64,000 nt of DNA, from positions 597-64,596 of the forward strand of contig PNKE01000055.1 of NCBI GenBank assembly GCA_013822245.1, read 5' to 3'. The notes under the pieces were generated by a model that was not told the DNA's origin, searched no databases, and saw only the letters and a program-made list of their open reading frames with translations. The translations under genes and the position numbers were made by a program. Positions 26,941 to 36,453 of this stretch are shown here, one piece after another. Every line of letters starts with the position of its first letter. Within the stretch, counting starts at the first letter, position 1. This stretch comes from Candidatus Solibacter sp. (GTDB lineage Bacteria > Acidobacteriota > Terriglobia > Bryobacterales > Bryobacteraceae).

Positions 26941-27427
26941 GGTTCACCTCCCTGGCCTGGGCCATGGCTTTCAGGCGCGCCGCGGTCTTCACGGCTTCAA
27001 CGATGCGCGGGTAGCCGGTGCAGCGGCAGATGTGCATGTTCATCGCGGATTTGATGGCGTCTTCGGTGGGTCTCGGATCGCGGTCGAGCAGCGCGGTGGC
27101 GGCGATCACCATGCCGGGCGTGCAGTAGCCGCACTGGATGGCGGCCTCATCGAGAAAGGCCTGCTGGACGGGGGTGAGTCTGCCGTCCTTCGAAACGCCT
27201 TCGATGGTGACCACCGTGCGGCCCGAGACCATGCGGATGGTGTTGACGCAGGAAAACGACGGGCGGCCGTCGAGCATCACCGTGCAGGCCCGGCACTGCC
27301 CTTCCCCGCAGCCGAACTTGGTCCCGGTAAGCCCGAACTCCTCGCGCAGAACATCGATCAGCGGGCGGTCGCCTTCGGTGTCGACGCTCACCGGCGCGCC
27401 GTTCAATGTGAATTTGAAGACAGGCAT
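26924..27427 (-). CDS. (2Fe-2S)-binding small subunit (IorA/CoxS-like)
   Basis: GCGEGQCRACTV and CGYCTPGM cluster motifs. GAGGAGG lies upstream of the ATG. Confidence 0.9.
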   Translation of the reverse strand: MPVFKFTLNGAPVSVDTEGDRPLIDVLREEFGLTGTKFGCGEGQCRACTVMLDGRPSFSCVNTIRMVSGRTVVTIEGVSKDGRLTPVQQAFLDEAAIQCGYCTPGMVIAATALLDRDPRPTEDAIKSAMNMHICRCTGYPRIVEAVKTAARLKAMAQAREVNHVGAE

Positions 27428-27529
27428 CTCATGGGCCTCCTCAGTGCTTCTGTAGACATGATATTCGCTCTCCGTCCTTTAATGTGCGCCGCGGGCGTTC
27501 ATGGATGCCGGGGGGTTCCCATGCGCACC

Positions 27530-28102
27530 GCCACTCCGTTCGCACCGCTTTCCGCCGCGCCGGCGGGCTGGAGTGGTTTCGAGAGCAGGGATTCGGACTG
27601 TCCATCCACCGGAGCCACGATTCACAACCCGGCTCAGTGATCTCGCATCCGATGGCGGGGGCCGATGTGAACTGCCCGCGGCGGTTCGTCCACGACCTGC
27701 CGAAGACCTTCAATCCGATGAAGTTCAATCCGGCTGACTGGGCGGCGCTGGCCAAACTCGCCGCGGTCAGATACGTCGTGTTCACGGCCAATCGCCATTC
27801 GGGCTTCCGCATGTACGGCACGCGAACGGCGAAGATTCAGATCATGCCGGTACAAGCGCAACGTCACGCGCGCGGCGCTCGATGCGTTCCGGGCGCGGGG
27901 CATCGCACCGGGACTGTACCTTTCGCCGGACGATTATCCGCGCCTCCATGAGAACAGGATCCCGCCGCGGCGGAACGCCCCGCAGATGCGGCCGCCGGCG
28001 GATCCGGGCCTGCTCAAGTACGGCCCGCGGCGGGTGAAGGAGTTGATGACGGGCTACGGGCCGGTGGAGGTGCTGTACCTGTTCCGCCGCCGGCGGGCTT
28101 GA
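27530..28102 (+). pseudogene. Alpha-L-fucosidase (GH29) pseudogene remnant
   Basis: LEWFREQGFGLSIHRSHDSQPG corresponds to the WF..kFG.FIHWG.yS.pg motif with HWG degraded. FNPMKFNPADWAALAKLAAVRYVVFTANRHSGFRMY follows. After a frameshift near 27845 the reading resumes as YKRNVTRAALDAFRARGIAPGLYLSPDDY ... ELMTGYGPVEVLY and then stops prematurely. Confidence 0.6.
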
Positions 28103-28205
28103 ATCTGGCGCGTCCCAGACGAACGAACAAGGAGAGAGCGGCCCGAGAGCCGCCCTTTCCCATTCATCGAACCTCAACGGATGATGCCGGCCGCGTGCGG
28201 ATCAA

Positions 28206-29777
28206 CTAATCGACGACTGATTTCAGCGCGCCGGCGGCTGCGCTGACGGCCTCGGTCTGGGCGCTCAACTGGCGGCCTTCGTGGGCGATCCAGTCGGCAT
28301 TGGCGGCGATCTGCTGGGTGGCCTGGTTCATCTGGCTGACGGCGGTGTTCACCTGGCGCAACTGGTTGCTCTGTTCGCTGGCGGCGTCGGCGATCTGGAC
28401 GGCCTGCTGGTGGGTTTCCAGGCAACTGGTGACGATGGTCTGGAGTTGCTCAAAAACCTCCTCGGTGAGCACTTCGCCGGCCTTCATTCGATCGAGCGAC
28501 TGGGCGATCATGGTTTCGGTTTCCCGTGCGGCGCCCGAGGCGCGGCCGGCAAGGCTTCGGACCTCGTCGGCAACGACGGCGAAACCGGCGCCGGCCTCAC
28601 CGGCGCGGGCGGCCTCGACCGCGGCGTTGAGCGCCAGCAGGTTGGTCTGGAAGGCGATCTCATCGATCGCTTTCAGTACGCGGCTGACCGCACGCTGCGA
28701 TTCGCCCATGGCCTTCATGGCCTCGCCGAGGCGGCTGATGACTTCCGCGCCTTTTTCGGCCGCTTCGCGGGTGTTGCCCGAACTCACCTGGGTGTTGCGG
28801 GCGTTGTCGCTGTTGCGGGCCGCCATTTCTACGATGGTCTCCAGCGTGGCGCTGACTTCTTCGAGCGCGGCGGCCTGTTCGGTGGCCACCTGGCTCAAGC
28901 TCTCGCTGGTTTCCAGCGAACGGTGAGAGGACGCGCTGGCGGCTTCGCCGGCTTCCGTCAACGGCTCGGCCATGGCTTTCAGCGGGGCGACAACAAATCG
29001 CCGGCTCACCCAGATCGCTCCGGGGATGAACAGCGCCAGCAGCAGTAAAACGACGAAGCCGGTTCGGCGTAAGGCGCTGGCCTGCGCGGCGGCGATCTTT
29101 CCGGTGCCGGAGGTGAGGACGAATGCGCCGCGGACCTCGCCCGCGCGCCAGCCTTCCATCTGGAAGCCCAGCAGGTCCTTGCCGTCACCTGTAACGCTGA
29201 GAGAGCGGTCGCCGTGACAGGCCAGGCAGTCCGAGGTCAGCTTCACTGGCCGGGCGTAAATGATGCGGTTGTTGGCTTCATCGAACTCGAAGTACTCATC
29301 CTTGCCCGCTTCCAGGGCGCTGAGGACGGCCTTTTCGTAATCGCTCGGCGCGTTGTCGGGGTTGCGGGGATTGGCCCGGACCACGCGGAAGCCGAAGCCG
29401 TTCTCCTTGGCCGCGGCACGCACGGCGTTCCACGATGCCACGACGGGCACCGTCTGATAGAGCGTCGAAGCGCGGTGGTTCGAGCCGGGCGCGATGCGCT
29501 GTTTCAGGTTCTCGGTATCGAAGGCCTTCTCCTGGTTCAGTGTGGAGATGGAGGCGCGGACGTTTTCGGCCTCGATCAGGGTGGCCCGCATCGACTCCCG
29601 CAGGGAGTCAACGCCCATTTCGCTCATCACATAGCGTTGGACAACGAGGATGGCGGCGGCGCAGAGAAGGATGGCGACGACGGCGCCGGCGGTGGCGATG
29701 CGGATACTTTTGCCGAGAGACATGCTGAGAGTCTCTTCGGTGGAAATGAAGCGGATTTGAGGATCAGGTGAAGCCAT
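28206..29777 (-). CDS. Methyl-accepting chemotaxis protein with periplasmic DUF3365/Tll0287-like domain carrying a CxxCH haem-c motif
   Basis: N-terminal TM, sensor domain with SDCLACHGD, and a second TM. Cytoplasmic signalling domain with [40 protein letters not shown]. Confidence 0.85.
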   Translation of the reverse strand: MASPDPQIRFISTEETLSMSLGKSIRIATAGAVVAILLCAAAILVVQRYVMSEMGVDSLRESMRATLIEAENVRASISTLNQEKAFDTENLKQRIAPGSNHRASTLYQTVPVVASWNAVRAAAKENGFGFRVVRANPRNPDNAPSDYEKAVLSALEAGKDEYFEFDEANNRIIYARPVKLTSDCLACHGDRSLSVTGDGKDLLGFQMEGWRAGEVRGAFVLTSGTGKIAAAQASALRRTGFVVLLLLALFIPGAIWVSRRFVVAPLKAMAEPLTEAGEAASASSHRSLETSESLSQVATEQAAALEEVSATLETIVEMAARNSDNARNTQVSSGNTREAAEKGAEVISRLGEAMKAMGESQRAVSRVLKAIDEIAFQTNLLALNAAVEAARAGEAGAGFAVVADEVRSLAGRASGAARETETMIAQSLDRMKAGEVLTEEVFEQLQTIVTSCLETHQQAVQIADAASEQSNQLRQVNTAVSQMNQATQQIAANADWIAHEGRQLSAQTEAVSAAAGALKSVVD

Positions 29778-29794
29778 TCACCTGAATATGGTTT

Positions 29795-30994
29795 CTACTG
29801 GTGCGCGGCCCGGCCGCGGACCCGCCGCCAGGGGCCGGGCGAGGCCGAACGGAAGTTGAACTTCGCCTGTTCGATGGAGTTGCCGATCACCTCAATGCGG
29901 CGGAGGTCACGCGTACCCAGGCCGCGCTGTTCGGCGAGCAGCAGTGTGGAGTCGCACTGTTCGAAGGGGATTTCGCGGTGGCCGGCCATGGGGTCGAAGC
30001 CCATCAGGGCGGCAGAGACGGCGTCGGTCGAGACGGGGTTCAGGCCGGCGACGAGCAGGCGCGGGCGGACGTGTTTCGACGTGCTGACCCAGGAGCCTTC
30101 GCCGCCGGCGAGGCCGTCGATGCCGTCGATGATCGAAAGATGGATGGGGACGGCGCCACAGAGATCGACGACGATGCGCGGCACTCGCCATTTGTCGTCG
30201 CGGTTGGACGCGGGATCGATCTCCTGTGGGGCGCTGAGCGATGGTCCACGCCTTCCGCTGTGCATGACGGCGCCGCGGCCGCCCATGGCTTCCGGCGCGG
30301 GCTCGTCCTTCCCCGCCTGGTCGCCATAGATGGTGACGGGCGTGATTCCAAACATGTTCTTCATGGCCAGGGTGATGCCGCATGTGGCATGTTCCTTCAT
30401 CTTGGCGATGGAGACGATGACATCGGATTCGTCGTAGGAATGGTTCAGGTCGAAGCCGGGGAAGATGATGCCGCCTCCTGCGACCGAGCGGCGGTGGTAG
30501 CGGCGGCCGGAGCCGAGGACGTTGGTGTTTTCGAGTTCGACGCGGCGGCCGGCGTTGACCAGCGCCATGGGGTCCCATCCGGCGTCGTACATGAACTCGC
30601 CCAGTGGGTCGCCGCAGCTGTAGCAGCCTTCGAGGATGCGGATGCGCGTGGCGCCCGCCTCGGAGAACAGGCGGACGGCGGCGCCCACGACGTCAGGGTG
30701 GGTGTAGGCGCTGCGTTCGATCGGAACGTTGCCGATGCGGTTGCGGGGGCCGCCGGTGAGGTTTACCTTGATGCCGACGGTTTTGCCCTTCACCAGGCTG
30801 CCGATCCCGCCGAGTTGGTCGAACATCGTATTCAGAGCGGGGTAAATGGCCGGCCCGTAATCGTCGCAGCGGGCGACGCTGACCTTCGACGCCGGTGCGG
30901 CCGGGTTAGACCAGGCGCGGCCTGCAAAGCCAAGGCCTGCGGCGGCGGCCAGCCACTTTCGGCGGTCGATTCGATGATTGTCGGCTCGGTTCAT
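29795..30994 (-). CDS. DUF362 domain protein with twin-arginine signal
   Basis: RRKWLAAAAGLGFAGRAWS leader. The GIKVNLTGG and MKEHATCGITLAMKNMFG pattern resembles DUF362, recognised from memory. Confidence 0.65.
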   Translation of the reverse strand: MNRADNHRIDRRKWLAAAAGLGFAGRAWSNPAAPASKVSVARCDDYGPAIYPALNTMFDQLGGIGSLVKGKTVGIKVNLTGGPRNRIGNVPIERSAYTHPDVVGAAVRLFSEAGATRIRILEGCYSCGDPLGEFMYDAGWDPMALVNAGRRVELENTNVLGSGRRYHRRSVAGGGIIFPGFDLNHSYDESDVIVSIAKMKEHATCGITLAMKNMFGITPVTIYGDQAGKDEPAPEAMGGRGAVMHSGRRGPSLSAPQEIDPASNRDDKWRVPRIVVDLCGAVPIHLSIIDGIDGLAGGEGSWVSTSKHVRPRLLVAGLNPVSTDAVSAALMGFDPMAGHREIPFEQCDSTLLLAEQRGLGTRDLRRIEVIGNSIEQAKFNFRSASPGPWRRVRGRAAHQ

Positions 30995-31005
30995 GGCGGC
31001 CTCGC

Positions 31006-32271
31006 TCAGGAATGCGTCAGCTCAAGGGCGCAATACACAGCATACGGCGGAATGTCGATCTCGTTGCGGCCGTCGCGGCGGTGGATGGCGGGCGAAGAAT
31101 GCGCCGGCGCGGCGGGGGAGTGCAGACGGGCGTCGCTGACGCCGGGCGGGATCTGCAGTGAAACAAGGTTGGCCGAGGCGCGGCAGGTGTAATTGAACAG
31201 ATGGACGACTCTCGATCGGCCGCCTGGGGCGGCGGTGTGGAGAGCGAGCATCGAGCCGGCGTTGAACAGCCGGATGGAGTCCCAGCGGCGGCTCATGAGC
31301 AGGTGGGCGTCGCGGGCGAGGATCCAGGGATCCTCGAAATCCTGCTTCGACACGGCGACTCTTCCCTTCCCCAATGAATAGGTCTCGAAACGCGGATGAG
31401 CATCATCGAGCTTCGCAGGTGTCCCGATAGCTGAAGCCGAGGACTTCAGAGCGATGAGCAGGCCCCCGGAGGCGACAAACGTCTTCAGGACGGCGGCGAG
31501 CGCGGCTGCGGGCGGCTGGGGATCGACGTAGAGTGCCGCTTTCATCCCCGCGAACGAAGCCGGGACGGCGCGCCGGGTGTGAACGGGGGTGACGGCGATG
31601 TGCTGTCTGGCCGAGAGATTGAGGACTTCGCCGGCCATGTACTCGTTGGCGCCGGCGAAGTCGGAGAGGACCATCAGGCTGGAGACTGGGCGATACTGGC
31701 GCCAGGCGGCGCGGGCTTCGAGCCAGACGAGCAGGTTTCTGATGGACTTCCAGGCCGCCGCGCCTTGGCCCTCGCCGGCGAGGGCATCGGCGGCGTGGTG
31801 TGGGGCGAGCCAGACCGGCCGGCGTGCGCCGTAGGCCCAGGCTTCGGCGAGGCCGAGCAGATATTGATTGGGCTCTATGGCGCGGAGTTCGTCGGGCGGC
31901 TTGGAGTTGATCCAGATCTGGGATGAGGGCGGGGCGAGGGCGCCGGCGAGTTGGGCGATCCAGCCGTTGGCATCGACCCACGGCGCGCCTGTGGGTCCGC
32001 CTTCCTGGCGGTTCTGCGACGCCGCCGCGCCGGGCCAGACGCCGTCGCCGATGGCGAACGGAGCGGGCCTGGACCAGTCGGTCTCTGACCAGGCGGTCCA
32101 GCGCACGGGGAGGAATTCGATGGCCTTGGCAGAGGCCGCGGCGCGGGCCGCGGTTTCGGCACCGGGCTCGGCGAGCAGGCAGTTGACTGGAGAGCCGTCG
32201 AGCAGCCCGGCGGCGGCCGACGGGTTCCACGCGGCCGGCCAAAACATGGGCACTCGCGCAGGCTGCTGCAT
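31006..32271 (-). CDS. Hypothetical protein (421 aa)
   Basis: Long ORF with host-like composition, packed tightly between co-directional genes (11 nt and 22 nt gaps). I recognise no motif. Confidence 0.6.
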   Translation of the reverse strand: MQQPARVPMFWPAAWNPSAAAGLLDGSPVNCLLAEPGAETAARAAASAKAIEFLPVRWTAWSETDWSRPAPFAIGDGVWPGAAASQNRQEGGPTGAPWVDANGWIAQLAGALAPPSSQIWINSKPPDELRAIEPNQYLLGLAEAWAYGARRPVWLAPHHAADALAGEGQGAAAWKSIRNLLVWLEARAAWRQYRPVSSLMVLSDFAGANEYMAGEVLNLSARQHIAVTPVHTRRAVPASFAGMKAALYVDPQPPAAALAAVLKTFVASGGLLIALKSSASAIGTPAKLDDAHPRFETYSLGKGRVAVSKQDFEDPWILARDAHLLMSRRWDSIRLFNAGSMLALHTAAPGGRSRVVHLFNYTCRASANLVSLQIPPGVSDARLHSPAAPAHSSPAIHRRDGRNEIDIPPYAVYCALELTHS

Positions 32272-32293
32272 TTGACCCTCCCGGGTGCTGGAG

Positions 32294-33364
32294 CTAGTTC
32301 TTTTCGAAGCCGGGAGCGATGGTCTTGGCGAGCTGGTTGACGACCTGCGACTCGTTGCGGCAGGCGTCGACGTAGGCGTTGCGCAGCAACTGCTCCTTGC
32401 GGTTGCGCAGCGTTTCGCGGATGTTCTGCTGCACGCGCGGGTCGTTCAGCTCACGCTGGCCGGCGGGCTCTCGCGAGACCATCTTCAGCAGGCGGTAGCC
32501 GACCGGAGTGCGGATGGGCGCCGAGACCTGGCCGGGCAGCAGCGTGAGGATGGCCTTGCGGGTTTCGGGGTCAGCCTTTTCGAGCGCCGATTCGGGGACG
32601 TAGCCCATGTCGCCGCCGTTGGGAGCCGAAGACGGGTCCTCGGAGAAGTTCTGGGCGACGGCGCCGAAGTCCTCGCCCTGGCGGATGCGGGCCTCGAGCA
32701 TGGAGATCTTCTTGCGCGCCTGCTCGTCATTCTGCGCCTTGTCGCGCTTCAGGTTGCGGACGTTGGGGTCGGGCTGGGGGGTGACAACGATCTGGGCGAC
32801 GTGGTAGTTGTTTTCGGGGTAGTTGAAGGCGGCCTTGTTGCCGTTATAGAAGTCGCTGACGTCCTTGTCGCTGATGTTGATCTGGGAGATGATCTCCTTG
32901 TTCATCAGCTTTTCGACGCTCAGGTCGCGCCGCAGTTGGGCCTTGAGTTCCTCGACGGCCATCTGGCGGGCGTCAAGCTGGCGCTGAAACTCTTCCTGGG
33001 TATAGGGGGCGCGGATTTCGTTGAACTTCGAATCCACTTCAGCCTCGGTGGCGATCAGCGAGAGCTTTTCAGCGCGTTGCAGCAGAATCTCCTCGTCGAT
33101 CATGGCGCGCAGCAGCTCGAGCTTCTGGAACTGGACCTGATCCTGGCTGACGCCATCGGGCTGATTGGGGAACTGCCTCTTGAACTGCTTGTCGACATCG
33201 GCGTTGGTGAGCGCGCGGCCGTTCACGGTGGCTGCGACGTTGGGCGGCACCGACTTCTTACAGGCCGGGACGGCAAGGAATATGGCCAGCGCGAGCGCAA
33301 GGGCGGTGAAAGAACGAAACCGCGGGTCCAACATGGCAGTCCTCATTGTACTTGAGTGGGGCAC
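32294..33364 (-). CDS. SurA-like peptidyl-prolyl isomerase (parvulin/PpiC-type), probable lipoprotein
   Basis: Signal/lipobox-like LAVPAC. SurA-N-like helical region. Parvulin domain with GGDMGYV ... LLPGQVSAPIRTPVGYRLLKMV. Confidence 0.75.
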   Translation of the reverse strand: MPHSSTMRTAMLDPRFRSFTALALALAIFLAVPACKKSVPPNVAATVNGRALTNADVDKQFKRQFPNQPDGVSQDQVQFQKLELLRAMIDEEILLQRAEKLSLIATEAEVDSKFNEIRAPYTQEEFQRQLDARQMAVEELKAQLRRDLSVEKLMNKEIISQINISDKDVSDFYNGNKAAFNYPENNYHVAQIVVTPQPDPNVRNLKRDKAQNDEQARKKISMLEARIRQGEDFGAVAQNFSEDPSSAPNGGDMGYVPESALEKADPETRKAILTLLPGQVSAPIRTPVGYRLLKMVSREPAGQRELNDPRVQQNIRETLRNRKEQLLRNAYVDACRNESQVVNQLAKTIAPGFEKN

Positions 33365-33406
33365 GCGAATTGAGGCCAGCCCCAGGCTTTTTGATGGATT
33401 CCGGTT

Positions 33407-34339
33407 TTAGCCCAGAAGCTCCCTGACCTTCTCGAGATCGGCCGGGTCGCCGAACTTAGCCGAGCGGGCGGCGGCATCGATCTGCTTGAGCAATCCGCAC
33501 AGCACGGCGCCCTGGCCGACCTCGACGAAACGCTCCACCCCGGCCTGGCGCAGCGCTCGCATCGACTCGGTCCAGCGCACCGGGTTCGGCACCTGCTGAT
33601 ACAGGCCCTCGCGCGCCTCGGCGCCGGCGCCGATCTCTCGCGCCTGCCAGTTGTTCACCAGCGGAACCTCCAGATCGTTGAACCGGGCCGCGTCCAGGTC
33701 GGCTTTCAGCATCTCCTGCGCCGGTTTCATCAGCGAGCAATGGAACGGCGCGCTCACCGGCAACGCGATGGCGCGCTTGGCGCCGGCCGCCTTCACGAGT
33801 TCATTGGCGCGTTCGACCGCGCCGGCATTTCCAGCGATGACAATCTGGTCGGGTGAGTTGAAGTTCGCCGCCTCGACCACTTCGCCCTGGGCGGCTTCAG
33901 CCAGGATGCGGTCCACCTGGCCGGCTGGCGGCTTCAGCCACGCCGCCATGGCGCCGGCGCCGGCGGGCACGGCCTGCTGCATGTACTTGCCGCGGTTGCG
34001 CACGATGCGCACGGCATCAGTGAAGCTGAGCGCGCCGGCGGCGACCAGCGCCGAATATTCGCCCAGGCTGTGGCCGGCGACGCAATCGGGCCTGTAGCCC
34101 ATCTCCTTCAGCACGGCGAGCGCAGCGATCGAGACGGTCAGCAGCGCCGGCTGGGTATTCTCGGTCAGCTTCAGCGCCTCGTCCGGGCCTTCGAAACACA
34201 TCTGTGAGATGGGAAACCCCAGCGCGGCGTCCGCTTCATCGAAGACGGCCTTCGCCGACGGATAGGCTTCGGCAAGGGCCTTGCCCATGCCCGCCGCCTG
34301 GGAACCCTGCCCTGGGAAGAGGAATGCGATTTTCGACAT
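33407..34339 (-). CDS. fabD: Malonyl CoA-acyl carrier protein transacylase
   Basis: Internal ATG giving MSKIAFLFPGQGSQ. Active site GHSLGEYSAL. PVSAPFHCSLM. Confidence 0.9.
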   Translation of the reverse strand: MSKIAFLFPGQGSQAAGMGKALAEAYPSAKAVFDEADAALGFPISQMCFEGPDEALKLTENTQPALLTVSIAALAVLKEMGYRPDCVAGHSLGEYSALVAAGALSFTDAVRIVRNRGKYMQQAVPAGAGAMAAWLKPPAGQVDRILAEAAQGEVVEAANFNSPDQIVIAGNAGAVERANELVKAAGAKRAIALPVSAPFHCSLMKPAQEMLKADLDAARFNDLEVPLVNNWQAREIGAGAEAREGLYQQVPNPVRWTESMRALRQAGVERFVEVGQGAVLCGLLKQIDAAARSAKFGDPADLEKVRELLG

Positions 34340-34377
34340 AGAACCTTTCCATTGTACGACTCGGACACGCCCGGACA

Positions 34378-36324
34378 TCATTCGAGGACGATCAGTTCGT
34401 AGTCGTTCAGCTTCGGCAGCACGAACTTCGTCCGGCCGCCCACACGTTCCGGCTTCAGAACGCCGCCCCCGCGGATGGCTCTGGCCGATTGAAACGAACC
34501 CTCGACGTCGAAACTGATGGCCTCGAACGCGGGCGGCGCGAAGTAGCCTGTCTGGGAGTGGCCGGCGAGGTTGATGACGTGCAGGAGGCGGCGCGGACCC
34601 TGTTGCATGAGACTGATTTCGACCAACGGGTGGGCGTTGGTCCTCACCTGGCGCTTGCCGGCGAGCAGGCGGCCGGCGAGGTCGCCGAACAGGCCGGCGT
34701 AGGGCGGCAGCGAATGGAGGAAGTAGAGCGAGCCAAGATCCCAGGGCAGCCAGACGGCCTTGCCGTCGGCGAATTCGACCATCGCCGGCGAGTCAGTGTC
34801 GCGCATGTCGGCGTGAATGTATTCCGGCGGGCCGAACATGGACGGGGGGACGAAGGTCAGGGCCGGGCCCGGCGCGGCTTCGAGTTCGAGGAACGGCCCG
34901 TCGAGCATAAGAATCGAGGTGAGATCCAGCGACGGGAAACGCGCCTTATCGCGCACCCGGACATAGCCCTGGGCGCGGTCCCAGCGCTTCACTGGACGGG
35001 CGGCAACACCGGGCGGCATGGACGATGAAGCCACCAGCAGCGGGATGCCGGCCTGGGTCACCCTTTGAAGTTCGGGCGTGGCCCGGCCGGCGACGACCAG
35101 ATCCACTTCGCGCTTGCCGATCCAGTCGAGGTTGGTCGAAACGGCGAACGGGATGTGAAGTTCCGTGAGCAGGCGGAACAGTCCGCGGTAGTTCCGCATG
35201 TCGCCCTGTGAGAGCAGGATGACGCGCGCGGCGCTCTGCTGGCGGGCATAAAAGGCTTCGTTACGGGCGGCGAAGGCGAAGATGGGGCGGGCGGTTTCGA
35301 CGGCCTGGCGGTCCTGCTGGTCGAAGGTTGAATTGATGGCGAAGGCCAGGGCGCCGCCGTGGGCGATGTTCTGCCACAGCCGGAGCGCAATCTCGTTTGC
35401 CGGGACGGTGGCGAAGCGCCACGCGTAGTCGACAAACTGCATGCAGAGGTTCACCGAGGCCTTACCGGGCTGCGAATTGACGGCGCGGTTCACGTTGTCG
35501 CTGGATGCGTAGGGCCACAGCGGCAGCGGCCGGGAGACGGCCGTGTTGGACTCGGACATGATGCCGTCGGTGAACTCCTCCATGTAATTGAAATAGCCGG
35601 CCCGCGGACGCCTGGCGGCGATGAGTTCACCGATCTTGCGGCCCACCTCGCGCGCCGCGTCCGAGATCCAGGCGCGGTATTCCGGCGTCGGCTCGGCGGG
35701 GAAGGGCTTACCTTTGCCGGCGGCCCAGCGGCGTTTGCACGCATCGCAGTGGCAGTGGCCCGCATAGACGCCGGAGTAGTCGCGCTCCTGGTTGCCGAAC
35801 ATGTTGAAAAACAGTCCGTCGACGTCGTAGCGGGTGAGCGCCTCGTCGAGGATTTTGAAGACGTGTTCGCGGTACCAGCCGCCGTTGATGCAGGTGGAGT
35901 GCAGCCCGTTGTAGACCACCGGCGAGCCGTCCTTCTTCACGAAAAACCACTCGGGGTGGGCGTCGTAGACCTCCTTGCGGGTCTTCGAAAAGTCGAAGCG
36001 GCCGACGACGCGAATCTTGCGGGCGTGAGCTTCGCGCAGGATGTCGCCGAAAAGGTCGCGGCCGGGGGCGAGCTGGCGGCTGGCGAAATGGAACGGAACC
36101 TGGGGATGATAGTTGGCCGAAATGCCGCCCATGTTGTAGTGCAGGACATTGGCGTTCATGCGGGCGGCCTCGGCGGCGAAGGCCTTCGCATCGATGGCGG
36201 CGTCGATCTCACGGACGTTGGTCTGCAGCCAGCGCACCGGCTCCGTCACCCACCAGCCCTGGCGCGGGCTTTGCGCCTGGGCGGCCAGGCAGATGGCGAA
36301 CAGACAGCAAAAAGCACTGCGCAT
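34378..36324 (-). CDS. Exported glycoside-hydrolase-like protein (GHL6 / beta-galactosidase-trimerisation-like architecture)
   Basis: Signal peptide CLFAICLAAQAQS. TIM-barrel-like N-terminal half (NANVLHYNMGG ... RVVGRFDFSK ... DVDGLFFNMFGN). The family assignment is tentative. Confidence 0.5.
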   Translation of the reverse strand: MRSAFCCLFAICLAAQAQSPRQGWWVTEPVRWLQTNVREIDAAIDAKAFAAEAARMNANVLHYNMGGISANYHPQVPFHFASRQLAPGRDLFGDILREAHARKIRVVGRFDFSKTRKEVYDAHPEWFFVKKDGSPVVYNGLHSTCINGGWYREHVFKILDEALTRYDVDGLFFNMFGNQERDYSGVYAGHCHCDACKRRWAAGKGKPFPAEPTPEYRAWISDAAREVGRKIGELIAARRPRAGYFNYMEEFTDGIMSESNTAVSRPLPLWPYASSDNVNRAVNSQPGKASVNLCMQFVDYAWRFATVPANEIALRLWQNIAHGGALAFAINSTFDQQDRQAVETARPIFAFAARNEAFYARQQSAARVILLSQGDMRNYRGLFRLLTELHIPFAVSTNLDWIGKREVDLVVAGRATPELQRVTQAGIPLLVASSSMPPGVAARPVKRWDRAQGYVRVRDKARFPSLDLTSILMLDGPFLELEAAPGPALTFVPPSMFGPPEYIHADMRDTDSPAMVEFADGKAVWLPWDLGSLYFLHSLPPYAGLFGDLAGRLLAGKRQVRTNAHPLVEISLMQQGPRRLLHVINLAGHSQTGYFAPPAFEAISFDVEGSFQSARAIRGGGVLKPERVGGRTKFVLPKLNDYELIVLE

Positions 36325-36453
36325 TGCGGCGTCTCCCGCGCTGATTCTATCGCGGACCTGGGCGCCGGGTAACTTTGGGATAGGATTGAGGCATCTTTAC
36401 AGGTTGAGCGCCGGACGGGCCAGAAGTCTGTCCGGGCAGGAAGGGTATCCCCG

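Noticed and set aside
24868-27054. 728-aa plus-strand ORF, and many similar long ORFs (6374-8197, 8198-9304, 15010-16455, 38239-39564, 42380-43741, 52393-53730, 58979-60496, 61938-63725 and others)
   Set aside because: All are antisense or alternate-frame to genes with clear family motifs. Their translations are dominated by Arg/Gly/Ala/Pro, which is typical of stop-poor off-frames in high-GC DNA.
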